A stretch of DNA of 64,000 nucleotides from an uncultured Actinomycetota bacterium (GTDB lineage Bacteria; Actinomycetota; Actinomycetes; CAVWCF01): contig CAVWCF010000005.1 in assembly GCA_963753435.1 (NCBI GenBank), positions 96,001-160,000 on the forward strand. Reading direction: 5' to 3'. This document shows, piece by piece, positions 20,451 through 30,404 of the stretch (its first letter is position 1; every line of letters starts with the position of its first letter). Below the pieces are notes generated by a model. The model had not been told where the DNA came from, searched no databases, and worked only from the letters and a program-made list of their open reading frames with translations. Position numbers and translations under genes: made by a program.

Positions 20451-20969
20451 GTGAGTGCGCACTCCATCGCTATTCGCCCGGCTGAACTGGCCGATGTCGC
20501 GACCCTGCAGGAACTCAACGAGGCGGCCCTACCGCACGTGACGAGCATGACGGTCGAGGGCTGCGTGCGGTTCCTGGACCTGGCCAGCATCGCTTTGGTG
20601 GTTGAGGACGGGGCCACAGACACGCTGATTGGGTTCTGCCTGGTGCTGGGTCCCGGTCTGGACTACTCCTCGGTCAACTACCGCTGGGTGATGGGCCGAT
20701 ACGAAGACGCGCTCTACCTGGATCGAGTGGTGGTGGCCGCCGCCTGGCGCGGCCGGGGCGTCGGTCAGCGCATCTACGCCGAAGTGGAGCGACGGATGCG
20801 CGCGGATTGGCGCCAGTTCCCGGTACTTGCCCTGGAAGTGAACCTGGATCCGCCAAACCCGGAGTCCTTGGCGTTTCACCGCAAGTTGGGTTTTGAGTCG
20901 GTTGGCGAGCAGACAACTCCGTACGGCGCGCGGGTCGTGTTGATGGCCAAACCGGTGCGGGAAGACTGA
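20451..20969 (+). CDS. GNAT-family N-acetyltransferase
   Basis: YSSVNYRW, YLDRVVVAAAWRGRGVG, EVNLDPPNPESLAFHRKLGF. Start uncertain (20430 or 20451). Confidence 0.85.
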   Translation: MSAHSIAIRPAELADVATLQELNEAALPHVTSMTVEGCVRFLDLASIALVVEDGATDTLIGFCLVLGPGLDYSSVNYRWVMGRYEDALYLDRVVVAAAWRGRGVGQRIYAEVERRMRADWRQFPVLALEVNLDPPNPESLAFHRKLGFESVGEQTTPYGARVVLMAKPVRED

Positions 20970-20973
20970 CTTC

Positions 20974-21561
20974 GTGACTGATCCCAAGACGACGCTGCAC
21001 GAGTACCTGCGATCCGGGCGTGAAGCGCTGCTCTGGAAGTTGGATGGGCTCGGTGAGTACGACATCCGCCGTCCGTTGGTCCCCACCGGCACCAACCTGC
21101 TCGGGCTCGTCAAGCATGTGGCCAGCGTGGAGGCGGGCTACCTCGGCGACGTGTTCGATCGCCCATTCCCGGAACGGTTCCCTTGGTTCGCAGATGACGC
21201 CGAACCCAACGCGGACATGTGGGCGACGGCCAGCGAAAGCCGCGCGGACATCGTGGACCTGTACCGGCGGGTGTGGGCTCACTCCGATGCGACGATCGGC
21301 GCGCTGGACCTGGACGCCGTCGGCCGGGTCCCGTGGTGGTCACCCGAACGGGCTGCCGTGACCTTGCATCAGGTGCTGGTGCACATGATCGCCGAGACGC
21401 ACCGGCACGCGGGGCACGCAGACATAGTCCGAGAGCTCATCGACGGTTCCGTCGGGTGGCGGCCCGGCAACGAGAACCTGCCGCCGGGGGACAAGCAGTG
21501 GTGGTCGCGGTACCGACAGGAGTTGGAGGAAGCCGCGCAGGCCGCGAAGGACCTGACCTGA
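20974..21561 (+). CDS. DinB-superfamily protein (DUF664-like)
   Basis: LLWKLDGL...RRPLVPTGTNLLGLVKHVASVE, LVHMIAETHRHAGHADIVRELIDG. Confidence 0.9.
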   Translation: MTDPKTTLHEYLRSGREALLWKLDGLGEYDIRRPLVPTGTNLLGLVKHVASVEAGYLGDVFDRPFPERFPWFADDAEPNADMWATASESRADIVDLYRRVWAHSDATIGALDLDAVGRVPWWSPERAAVTLHQVLVHMIAETHRHAGHADIVRELIDGSVGWRPGNENLPPGDKQWWSRYRQELEEAAQAAKDLT

Positions 21562-21567
21562 ATCGGA

Positions 21568-21864
21568 TCAGGACCCAAGTGCGTCGACGAGCGTGTTTAT
21601 CCGTTCGATGAGTTCGATGTCCTTGCCGGTGACGCCGCCGGCGGAGTGCGTGCTGCAGCGAAAGGTGACTTTGCGCCAACGGATGTCCATGTCCGGGTGG
21701 TGATCGAGTTCTTCCGCCGCAAGCCCAACCTGGCCAACAAGAAAGATCGCGGTTGGGAAGTCCTTGGCCTCGACGGTCCGCTCGAGACTGGCGGAGTCGC
21801 CGTGCCAGCCGTGCAGGTGCGGTAGGTGGGTGGCGAGTTCTCGCTCTGTCAGCAGCATGGTCAT
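21568..21864 (-). CDS. Pterin-4-alpha-carbinolamine dehydratase
   Basis: AEELDHHPDMDIRW, STHSAGGVTGKDIELI; start trimmed to ATG 21864. Confidence 0.9.
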   Translation of the reverse strand: MTMLLTERELATHLPHLHGWHGDSASLERTVEAKDFPTAIFLVGQVGLAAEELDHHPDMDIRWRKVTFRCSTHSAGGVTGKDIELIERINTLVDALGS

Positions 21865-21919
21865 GACTCGACCGTAATGCCGCGCGCGAATGGCCGCTTG
21901 TTCTTGAGAGGCTCCACAG

Positions 21920-22321
21920 ATGGACGCCGAACGATCCCCGGTCATCGTGGGCGCGGCAATCGTGCGCGACGGCAGACTCCTGAGCGCTCGGCGGACCGGC
22001 CCGCCCGAGTTGGCCGGCCGTTGGGAACTACCCGGAGGCAAGGTCGAGCCAGGCGAAGAGCCTGAAGTTGCCTTGGTGCGCGAGGTTCGCGAGGAGCTGG
22101 GCTGCGGCATCCGCATCGTGCAGGCAGTGCCCGGCGAATGGCCACTGCCCGCCGGTCGGGTCATGCGCGTTTGGCTGGCGGAGTTGGTCGATGGCGAACC
22201 GACTGCCGATGCCGCCCACGATGACCTGCGGTGGCTCACCGCCAGCGAACTGGAGTCCGTGCCCTGGCTGGATGCCGACCTGCCGCTGCTGCCGGCCCTG
22301 CGGTCCTACCTGGCCGACTGA
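21920..22321 (+). CDS. NUDIX hydrolase (MutT-like)
   Basis: NUDIX box [40 protein letters not shown]. Confidence 0.92.
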   Translation: MDAERSPVIVGAAIVRDGRLLSARRTGPPELAGRWELPGGKVEPGEEPEVALVREVREELGCGIRIVQAVPGEWPLPAGRVMRVWLAELVDGEPTADAAHDDLRWLTASELESVPWLDADLPLLPALRSYLAD

Positions 22322-22370
22322 AAGCCAACGACCCAACCGCGCGCTGGGTACCAGGTGCAGCAGCGGTGCG

Positions 22371-23711
22371 TCAGTCCGAAGTAACGACCGGCGAGAGCGC
22401 CCACGACAACCGTGGGTTGCTCGGCCAAAGCGCTTTGGATTGCTCCAGCGCCGCGGCCGCGCCGTCGGTGTCGTCTTGGCTGTGACGAAGCAGTGCTTCC
22501 GTCAGCAGATCGTCCGCCCGCTGCTGGTCGCTGCGGTTCCACTCCCGGGCCGATTCGAGCGCGGTCGCGGCCGTCGAGTAATCGCCGGTGGCGACCGCCA
22601 GTCGCGCCCGCTGCCCATTCAGCACCGAACCGGTGGACTGCAAGGCCTGGGCCTCGGCGAGAGTGTCGCGACCTTCTTCGGCCAACTTGCCGGAGCCGGA
22701 AAGCGACCCGGACTCCATGCCATCCAGCAGCAGCGTCAAGTGTGCGGATACCGCTTCGTAGCGGCGCTTGCCCCGGCCCCGAACGGCGGCGAGGCGGCGA
22801 CGACTCGTCTCCAGCGCCGCTGAGTAGTCGCCCGTTGCTGCTTGGGCGTCGGCCAGGACGCCGAGGGCGTTGCTGTCCGACGGCTTGTTGGCCAGGACGG
22901 CCTGCGCCTCCTTGGCCGCCTTCTCCGGGTTTCCGGCCGCCAGTGCTGCGGCCGCCGGCTTGCTGCTGCGGGTGGGGATCTTGGCGCCGAGGATCATGAT
23001 CGGGTCGAACTTGACGTCGGCAACGCGTTCCTTCATCGGGATCAGCGCGTTGTCGGTGATCTTGATGTGTTCGGGGCACACCTCGGTGCAGCACTTGGTG
23101 ATGTTGCAGTAGCCGAGGCCGTGCTCGTCCTGGGCCTGGTGCGCGCGGTCCATCGTGTCCAGCGGATGCATCGACAACTCCGCGATGCGCATCAGGAACC
23201 TGGGCCCGGAGAACTCCTTCTTGTTCTCCTCATGGTCGCGGATGACGTGGCAGGTGTTGTTGCACAGGAAGCACTCGATGCACTTGCGGAACTCCTGGCT
23301 GCGCTCCACGTCGACCTGCGCCATGCGGTACTCGCCGGGTGCCAAGTCGGCCGGCGGTGCGAAGGACGGAACCGCTTGGGCCTTCTCGTAGTTGTACGAG
23401 ACGTCGGTCACCAAGTCGCGGATGACCGGGAAGGCGCGGATCGGCGACACCGTGATGACGTCTTCATCGGCCAGCGTGCTCATCCGGGTCATGCACATCA
23501 GCCGGGGCCGACCGTTCACCTCGGCGCTGCAGGAGCCGCACTTGCCGGCCTTGCAGTTCCACCGCACGGCCAAGTCAGGCGCTTGGGTGGCTTGCAGGCG
23601 GTGGATGACGTCGAGAACGACCTCGCCCTCGTTCACCTCGACGGTGAAGTCGTGCAGCGCGCCGGACTCGTCGTCACCGCGCCACACCCGGAACTTCGCG
23701 TCGTACCCCAT
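22371..23711 (-). CDS. sdhB: Succinate dehydrogenase/fumarate reductase Fe-S subunit with a C-terminal TPR-like extension
   Basis: CKAGKCGSC, CIECFLCNNTC and CNITKCCTEVCP cluster motifs in the first ~245 aa, then ~200 aa of helical repeats. Confidence 0.93.
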   Translation of the reverse strand: MGYDAKFRVWRGDDESGALHDFTVEVNEGEVVLDVIHRLQATQAPDLAVRWNCKAGKCGSCSAEVNGRPRLMCMTRMSTLADEDVITVSPIRAFPVIRDLVTDVSYNYEKAQAVPSFAPPADLAPGEYRMAQVDVERSQEFRKCIECFLCNNTCHVIRDHEENKKEFSGPRFLMRIAELSMHPLDTMDRAHQAQDEHGLGYCNITKCCTEVCPEHIKITDNALIPMKERVADVKFDPIMILGAKIPTRSSKPAAAALAAGNPEKAAKEAQAVLANKPSDSNALGVLADAQAATGDYSAALETSRRRLAAVRGRGKRRYEAVSAHLTLLLDGMESGSLSGSGKLAEEGRDTLAEAQALQSTGSVLNGQRARLAVATGDYSTAATALESAREWNRSDQQRADDLLTEALLRHSQDDTDGAAAALEQSKALWPSNPRLSWALSPVVTSD

Positions 23712-25618
23712 CAGGCGTCCACTCCGTCCGCGTCCGAGCCGCCGTCCAGTACGGCAAGTTCCTCTTCGGTCATGTACTTGGCCAACTCGCCGCGATCAAA
23801 CAGCTGCAGCAGGTCCAGCCGCATTGGCGGAAGCGGTTGCTCCCGTACGGCCGCGCCGTCCCCATCCGCCTCGCAGATCAGGTTCACCTTGCGCCATTGC
23901 GGGCGCATGCCCGGGAAGTCCTCGCGGGTGTGACCGCCGCGCGACTCTTCGCGAATGAGCGCCGACCGGGCCAGGCACCAACTAACCAGCAGCATGTTCT
24001 GCAGGTCCAGAGCGAGGTTCCACCCAGGGTTGTAGGCACGCCCGCCCTCGGAGCGGACCCCAGCGGCCCGCTGGGTCAAGCCCTCAAGGCGCGTGATGGC
24101 GTCCTCTAGTTCGGACTTGGTGCGGATGATCCCGACGAGGTCGTTCATGACCTGCTGCAACTCGCTGTGAACGGTGTACGGGTTCTCGCCGTCCGCGCGC
24201 TCCAGTGGAGCCAACGCCTGCGACCGGGCGGACGAGACCGCCGCCTCGGCGACTGCCGGCCGCTCAGAAAGCTTCTCCAGGTACTCCACCGCGCCGAGAC
24301 CGGCGCGGCGACCGAAGACGAGCAAGTCGGAAAGTGAGTTGCCACCGAGCCGGTTGGAACCATGCAGGCCACCGCCGACCTCACCGGCGGCGAACAGCCC
24401 CGGTACCCGTGCGGCCTGGCTGTCGGGGTCGACCTCAACGCCACCCATGACGTAGTGGCAGGTGGGCCCTACTTCCATGGGCTCCTTGGTGATGTCCACG
24501 TCGGCCAGTTCCTTGAACTGGTGGTACATCGAGGGCAGGCGCTTGGTGATCTCTTCCGGCTTGAGCCGACTGGCGATGTCCAAGAACACGCCACCCGCGG
24601 GCGAGCCCCGGCCCGCCTTAACCTCGGAGTTGATCGCCCGGGCGACCTCGTCGCGCGGCAGCAGTTCCGGCGGGCGTCGGTTGTTGTCGGGGTCGGAGTA
24701 CCAGCCGTCGGCCTCTTCCTCGGTTTCGGCGTACTGGGCCCGGAAGACGTCCGGCACGTACTCGAACATGAAGCGCTTGCCCTCGGAGTTCTTCAGCACA
24801 CCACCGTCGCCACGGACCGACTCGGTGACGAGGATCCCCTTGACCGAAGGCGGCCAGACCATGCCGGTCGGGTGGAACTGGACGAACTCCATGTTGACCA
24901 GGGTTGCGCCGGCCTTGAGGGCCAAAGCGTGGCCGTCGCCGGTGTACTCCCACGAGTTGGACGTCACCTTGAACGACTTGCCGATACCGCCGGTGGCCAG
25001 GATCACCGCGGGCGCCTCGAATAGGACGAACTCCCCGGTGGGGCGGTGGTAGCCGAAGGCGCCGGAGATGCTGTCGCCGTCCTTCAGCAGATCGGTAATG
25101 GCGCACTCGGCGAAGACCTTGATCCGGGCCTCGGCGTCGCCGAACTCCTTGGCGTCCTCCTGCTGCAGCGAAACGACCTTCTGCTGCAGCGTGCGAATCA
25201 ACTCCAGGCCGGTGCGGTCACCGACGTGGGCCAGCCGCGGGTACTCGTGCCCGCCGAAGTTTCGCTGGCTGATCTTGCCGTCCTTGGTGCGATCGAAGAG
25301 CGCGCCGTATGTCTCCAACTCCCAGATGCGCTCCGGCGCCTCTTTGGCGTGCAACTCGGCCATCCGCCAGGAGTTGAGGAACTTGCCGCCACGCATCGTG
25401 TCGCGGAAGTGCACCTGCCAGTTGTCGTTGCTGTTGACGTTGCCCATGGCCGCCGCAGCGCCGCCCTCGGCCATGACCGTGTGGGCCTTGCCGAACAGCG
25501 ACTTGGAGATGATCGCGGTACGCAGGCCCGCCTCGCGGGTCTCGATCGCCGCACGCAGCCCGGCGCCGCCGGCGCCGATGACTATTACGTCGTAGGTGTG
25601 CCGCTCGAACTCAGTCAT
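23711..25618 (-). CDS. sdhA: Succinate dehydrogenase/fumarate reductase flavoprotein subunit (Sdh1-type)
   Basis: IGAGGAGLRAA, AHTVMAEGG, RNFGGH, EFVQFHPTG, HYVMGG, HGSNRLGGNSL, ESRGGH. Confidence 0.96.
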   Translation of the reverse strand: MTEFERHTYDVIVIGAGGAGLRAAIETREAGLRTAIISKSLFGKAHTVMAEGGAAAAMGNVNSNDNWQVHFRDTMRGGKFLNSWRMAELHAKEAPERIWELETYGALFDRTKDGKISQRNFGGHEYPRLAHVGDRTGLELIRTLQQKVVSLQQEDAKEFGDAEARIKVFAECAITDLLKDGDSISGAFGYHRPTGEFVLFEAPAVILATGGIGKSFKVTSNSWEYTGDGHALALKAGATLVNMEFVQFHPTGMVWPPSVKGILVTESVRGDGGVLKNSEGKRFMFEYVPDVFRAQYAETEEEADGWYSDPDNNRRPPELLPRDEVARAINSEVKAGRGSPAGGVFLDIASRLKPEEITKRLPSMYHQFKELADVDITKEPMEVGPTCHYVMGGVEVDPDSQAARVPGLFAAGEVGGGLHGSNRLGGNSLSDLLVFGRRAGLGAVEYLEKLSERPAVAEAAVSSARSQALAPLERADGENPYTVHSELQQVMNDLVGIIRTKSELEDAITRLEGLTQRAAGVRSEGGRAYNPGWNLALDLQNMLLVSWCLARSALIREESRGGHTREDFPGMRPQWRKVNLICEADGDGAAVREQPLPPMRLDLLQLFDRGELAKYMTEEELAVLDGGSDADGVDA

Positions 25619-25625
25619 TCGGTCC

Positions 25626-26423
25626 TCAGTTGATGAAGCGGAGGTCGGAGATCCACCCGGCGGAGACGGCCATCACGTAGAAGTCGGTGAAGGCCAGGGT
25701 GCCTAGCGTGATCCAGGCGAACTGCATGTGCCGGGTGTTGATCTTGCTCACCCAGGTCCACATCTTGTAGCGGACCGGGTGCTTGGAGAAGTGGGTCAGC
25801 CGCCCGCCGATCGCGTTACGGCAGGAGTGGCAGCTGAGTGTGTAGAACCAGAGCATCACGACGTTGGTAAGGAGAACGACGTTGCCCAGGCCGAAGCCGA
25901 AGCCACCGTCAGCGCCCCGGAAGGCAATTAGCGCGTCGTACGTGTTGATCAGCGAGATGAGTCCGGCGATGTAGAAGAAGTAGCGGTGCAGGTTCTGCCC
26001 GATCAGCGGGAACTGCGTCTCGCCGCTGTACTTGGAGTGCGGTTCGGCGACCGCGCACGCCGGCGGCGACAGCCAGAACGCCCGGTAGTAGGCCTTGCGG
26101 TAGTAGTAGCAGGTGAACCGGAACAGCAGCAGGAACGGCAGGCTCAGCGCCGCGTAGGGGATGAACCAAACGTCCGGCAGGAAGGTGCCGAAGTGGGCCG
26201 CCTCCGGCACGCAGCCGGTGGAGAGGCAAGGTGAGTAGAACGGGGTGAGGTAGTGGAAGTCCTCGACCCAGTACCAGTCCTGCATGAAGACCCGGACCGT
26301 CGCGTACGTGATCCAGGCGACTAGCCCGACAACCGTGAGCAGACCGGGGAGCCACCACCGATCGGTCCGCAGGGTGCGTTCTGAGATCTCTGCCCGACCG
26401 GGGGCGTTAACTCCGAAGGCCAT
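25626..26423 (-). CDS. Sdh1-type membrane anchor subunit (Rv0249c-like)
   Basis: TLRTDRWW, YLTPFYSPC, FRFTCYYYRKAYYRAFWLSPPACAVAEPH, YTLSCHSCR; AGGAGG RBS before ATG 26423. Confidence 0.88.
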   Translation of the reverse strand: MAFGVNAPGRAEISERTLRTDRWWLPGLLTVVGLVAWITYATVRVFMQDWYWVEDFHYLTPFYSPCLSTGCVPEAAHFGTFLPDVWFIPYAALSLPFLLLFRFTCYYYRKAYYRAFWLSPPACAVAEPHSKYSGETQFPLIGQNLHRYFFYIAGLISLINTYDALIAFRGADGGFGFGLGNVVLLTNVVMLWFYTLSCHSCRNAIGGRLTHFSKHPVRYKMWTWVSKINTRHMQFAWITLGTLAFTDFYVMAVSAGWISDLRFIN

Positions 26424-26611
26424 CGACTGACTTCCTCCTGCCGGGCACGGCGCCGCGTCGCTGGCACCAACCGATCGCGGGCGCCATCGGAGGGCAAGGG
26501 TAGGCGTCGGTTTGGTCCAGGGTGACCCGGGGGAGACACTTGGGCCTGTCATTCGCGTCACATCCGCGTCGGAAGGGTGTCGCGACCTCTCCAACTCAGG
26601 TGGTGCCGGAC

Positions 26612-28465
26612 ATGGCTGTGCGTGAAGACCTGCGCAACGTGGCGATCGTGGCCCACGTCGATCACGGCAAGACGACGCTCGTGGACGCCATGTTGTGGCA
26701 GTCGGGCGCATTCCGGGTCGGATCGGACGTGGCCGAGCGGGTCATGGACTCCATGGACCTGGAGCGGGAGAAGGGCATCACGATCCTGGCCAAGAACACC
26801 GCGGTCGCCTATCCCCGCCCGGACGGCTCCCAGGTGATCCTGAACATCGTCGACACGCCCGGTCACGCCGACTTCGGCGGCGAGGTGGAGCGCGGTCTGG
26901 AGATGGTCGATGGCGTCCTCCTCCTGGTCGACGCCAGTGAGGGGCCGCTGCCACAGACCCGGTTCGTACTGCGCAAGGCGCTGAGCAAGCGACTCCCCAT
27001 CGTGTTGGTGGTGAACAAGGTGGACCGGCCCGACGCGCGGATCTCGGAGGTGATCAACGAGGTCTATGAGCTGTTCCTGGACCTGGACGCCGACGACAGC
27101 CAGATCGACTTCCCCATCGTCTATGCATCGGCGAGAGCCGGTCGCGCCTCGCTGGAGCAGCCCGTCGACGGCGGCATGCCGGCCGAGGACGACCTGGGCC
27201 CGCTGTTCGCAACGCTGCTGGACACCGTGCCGGGACCGGAGTTCGACGAGACCGCCCCGCTGCAGGCGCACGTCACCAACCTGGACGCCTCGCCCTACCT
27301 CGGGCGACTGGCGCTCTGCCGGGTCCGCAACGGCAACATCCGTAAGGGCCAGTCGGTGGCGTGGTGCCGGGCCGACGGAACCGTGGAACGGGTAAAGGTC
27401 GCCGAGCTGCTCATGACCGAGGCCCTGGAACGCGTCCCCGCGGAGGAGGCCGGCCCAGGTGACCTGATCGCAGTCGCCGGGATTCCGGACATCACGATCG
27501 GGGAGACGCTGGCCGACCCCGACGACCCCCGCCCCTTGCCGGTGATCACGGTGGACTCGCCGAGCATCTCGATGACGATCGGCGTCAACTCATCGCCCCT
27601 GTCCGGTGAGGGCGGTTCCAAGCTCACCGCGCGGTTGGTCAAGGCGCGCCTGGACGCCGAGACCATCGGCAACGTGTCCATCCGGGTCCTCGAGACTGAG
27701 CGTCCGGACGTCTGGGAGGTGCAGGGTCGCGGTGAACTGCAACTGGCCGTCCTGGTCGAGTTGATGCGGCGCGAAGGCTTCGAGTTGACGGTAGGCAAGC
27801 CGCAGGTGGTGACGCAGGAGATCGACGGTCGCCTTTGCGAGCCGATGGAACGACTGACGGTTGACGTCCCGGAGGACTACCTGGGGGTGGTGACCCAGTT
27901 GCTGGGCCTGCGCAAGGGCCGCATGGAGCAGATGGTCAACCACGGAACCGGCTGGGTGCGCCTGGAGTACCTGGTGCCGGCCCGGGCCCTGATCGGGTTC
28001 CGCACGGAGTTCCTCACCGAGACTCGCGGCACCGGCCTGCTGCACCACGTCTTCGAGCGCTACGAGCCCTGGCATGGCGAGCTGCGCACGCGCCCGAGTG
28101 GGTCGCTGGTCGCCGACCGGCGTGGTGCGGTCACCTCGTACGCGCTGTACAACCTGCAGGAGCGGGGAACGATGTTCGTCGGCCCGACCACGGAGGTCTA
28201 CGAGGGCATGATCGTGGGCGAGAACTCCCGAGCCGACGACATGGACGTGAACCCCACCAAGGAGCGGAAGCTCTCCAACGTGCGTTCATCCACCGGGGAG
28301 GAACTGGAGCGCCTCATCCCGCCGCGGCTGCTCAGCCTGGAGCAGGCGCTGGAGTTCTGCCGCGAGGACGAATGCGTCGAGGTGACGCCGACCGCCGTTC
28401 GGCTGCGCAAGGTGGAACTGCAGGCGACCGCCCGCGAGAAGACGCGTTCCCGCAGCCGCAAGTAG
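26612..28465 (+). CDS. typA: Translational GTPase TypA/BipA
   Basis: [54 protein letters not shown]...MRREGFE. Confidence 0.97.
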   Translation: MAVREDLRNVAIVAHVDHGKTTLVDAMLWQSGAFRVGSDVAERVMDSMDLEREKGITILAKNTAVAYPRPDGSQVILNIVDTPGHADFGGEVERGLEMVDGVLLLVDASEGPLPQTRFVLRKALSKRLPIVLVVNKVDRPDARISEVINEVYELFLDLDADDSQIDFPIVYASARAGRASLEQPVDGGMPAEDDLGPLFATLLDTVPGPEFDETAPLQAHVTNLDASPYLGRLALCRVRNGNIRKGQSVAWCRADGTVERVKVAELLMTEALERVPAEEAGPGDLIAVAGIPDITIGETLADPDDPRPLPVITVDSPSISMTIGVNSSPLSGEGGSKLTARLVKARLDAETIGNVSIRVLETERPDVWEVQGRGELQLAVLVELMRREGFELTVGKPQVVTQEIDGRLCEPMERLTVDVPEDYLGVVTQLLGLRKGRMEQMVNHGTGWVRLEYLVPARALIGFRTEFLTETRGTGLLHHVFERYEPWHGELRTRPSGSLVADRRGAVTSYALYNLQERGTMFVGPTTEVYEGMIVGENSRADDMDVNPTKERKLSNVRSSTGEELERLIPPRLLSLEQALEFCREDECVEVTPTAVRLRKVELQATAREKTRSRSRK

Positions 28466-28655
28466 GTGTCGACCGCTGCTCGGCCAGGTAACGGATTGGT
28501 TGCTATTCGGACGCGGCGCCCGAATTCGTTTGGTTGGACGGTTACCCGCGGGTAAGCATGGCTTCGGCACACCTGCATGTGCAGGCGGGGCTGCCCACCC
28601 TGGCCGCAGCCGGGCACCTGCCCCAACCGGGGCCATCCGAAAGAGGAGGAGACAC

Positions 28656-30284
28656 ATGCGAGTACGCACTCGCTATGGGGCCGTCGTCGTCGGCGCGGCC
28701 GCGCTTGCGCTCGGCCTGAGCGCCTGCGGTGGCGGCACGCCGGAAGCGACCGGCGCCGTCACGATCAACGGGTCCGAGCCGGAGAACCCGCTCGTCCCGT
28801 CGAACACCAACGAGACCGGCGGCGGCAACATCATCGACAACCTGTTCACCGGGCTGGTCGAGTACAACAACGAGACCGCCGAGCCGGAGTTGGCGATGGC
28901 CGAGTCGATCGAGGCCAACGACGACAAGACGGTCTGGACCGTCAAGCTCAAGGACGACTGGACCTTCCACGACGACACCCCGGTCACCGCGAACTCCTTC
29001 GTCGACGCCTGGAACTACGCCTCCTACGGCCCCAACGGCCAGCTGAACTCCTACTTCTTCGGACCCGACGGCCTCGGCATCACCGGCTTCGAAGAGGTCC
29101 AGGGTGAGGACGCCAATGGTGACGAGGCAATCACCGAGGACGAGGCCCCGGTCAAGGAGATGTCCGGCCTGAAGGTCGTGGACGACACCACCTTCGAGGT
29201 CACGCTGGACAACCCGAACGGCCTCTTCGAGACCGTCGTCGGCTACTCCGCCTTCGCCCCGCTGCCGGAGTCGTTCTTCGACGACCCGGATGCCTTTGGC
29301 GAGGCGCCGATCGGCAACGGCCCGTTCGAGTTCGTGGCGTGGGACAAGAAGCAGGAGATCCGCGCGACCGCATTCGAGGGCTACAAGGGCGACGACGCTC
29401 CCAAGGTCAAGGACGTCACCTGGAAGATCTACCAGGAACTCGACGCCGCATACGCCGACCTGCTGGCCGGCAACCTTGATGTTCTGGACTCAATCCCCTC
29501 GTCGGCTCGTGCCGGTGACCAGTACCAGTCCGACCTCGGTGACCGCTGGGTCAACCAGGCGGCCGGTGTCATCCAGACGTTCACGTTCCCGCTGTACGTA
29601 GAGGCGTATGACAACCTCGCGCTGCGGCAGGCCGTGTCCATGGCGTTCGACCGCGAAGAGGTAATCGACATCGCCTTCCCGGGTCGGCTTCCCGCCACCG
29701 GCTACGCCAGCCCGGTTGTCGAGGGCTTCGTCGAGGACCAGTGCGGCGAGTTCTGCACCTACAACCCGGATCGGGCCAAGGAGCTCTTCGCGGAGTCGGG
29801 CTACACCGGTGCGCTGACCCTGGCCTACAACGCAGACGGCGACCACAAGACGTGGACCGAGGCTGTCTGCAACGGCATCAAGAACACGCTCGGGGTGGAG
29901 TGCACCGCAACCCCGTTCGTGGACTTCGCCACGTTCCGTGCCGACATCAACGACCGGAAGATGACTGGTCCGTTCCGGACTGGTTGGCAGATGGACTACC
30001 CGTCCATCGAGAACTTCCTGGCGCCGATCTACTCGTCCAACGGTTCGGCCAACGACGGCGACTACTCCAACGAGCAGGTCGACGCGTTGCTGGTCGAGGC
30101 GAAGGGCCTGACCGGTGACGAGGCGCTGAGCAAGTACCAGGAGGCCGAGAAGCTGGCCGTGGCCGATCTGCCGGCAGTGCCGCTGTGGTACGGCGACACC
30201 ACCGCTGGCTGGTCGGAGTCGGTCGAAAACGTCAAGTTCACCCCGTTCTCCCGGGTGGCCGTGACGGAGATCGAAAAGAACTGA
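28656..30284 (+). CDS. Peptide ABC transporter substrate-binding lipoprotein (family 5, OppA-like)
   Basis: Lipobox LSAC, WTFHDDTPVTANSFVDAWN, PIGNGPF, GWQMDYP; GAGGAGG RBS before ATG 28656. Confidence 0.93.
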   Translation: MRVRTRYGAVVVGAAALALGLSACGGGTPEATGAVTINGSEPENPLVPSNTNETGGGNIIDNLFTGLVEYNNETAEPELAMAESIEANDDKTVWTVKLKDDWTFHDDTPVTANSFVDAWNYASYGPNGQLNSYFFGPDGLGITGFEEVQGEDANGDEAITEDEAPVKEMSGLKVVDDTTFEVTLDNPNGLFETVVGYSAFAPLPESFFDDPDAFGEAPIGNGPFEFVAWDKKQEIRATAFEGYKGDDAPKVKDVTWKIYQELDAAYADLLAGNLDVLDSIPSSARAGDQYQSDLGDRWVNQAAGVIQTFTFPLYVEAYDNLALRQAVSMAFDREEVIDIAFPGRLPATGYASPVVEGFVEDQCGEFCTYNPDRAKELFAESGYTGALTLAYNADGDHKTWTEAVCNGIKNTLGVECTATPFVDFATFRADINDRKMTGPFRTGWQMDYPSIENFLAPIYSSNGSANDGDYSNEQVDALLVEAKGLTGDEALSKYQEAEKLAVADLPAVPLWYGDTTAGWSESVENVKFTPFSRVAVTEIEKN

Positions 30285-30297
30285 GCAGCACCAAGTA

Positions 30298-30333
30298 GCA
30301 GTCGGCCCGCCGGTCTTCCGGCGGGCCGACTGC
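30298..30333 (+). terminator. Hairpin after the binding-protein gene (terminator or mRNA stabiliser)
   Basis: GCAGTCGGCCCGCCGG-TCTT-CCGGCGGGCCGACTGC, perfect 16-bp stem. Confidence 0.85.
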
Positions 30334-30404
30334 ATTCACCGAAGTTGTTAACCCCGGATGCGGCATCCGCGGGCTAGGGTGACGGGCGTCGCGAGGAGGA
30401 GTCT

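Noticed and set aside
28466-28655. Structured leader or riboswitch before the peptide-binding protein
   Set aside because: Only short GC-rich stems are present, with no recognisable family; insufficient support.
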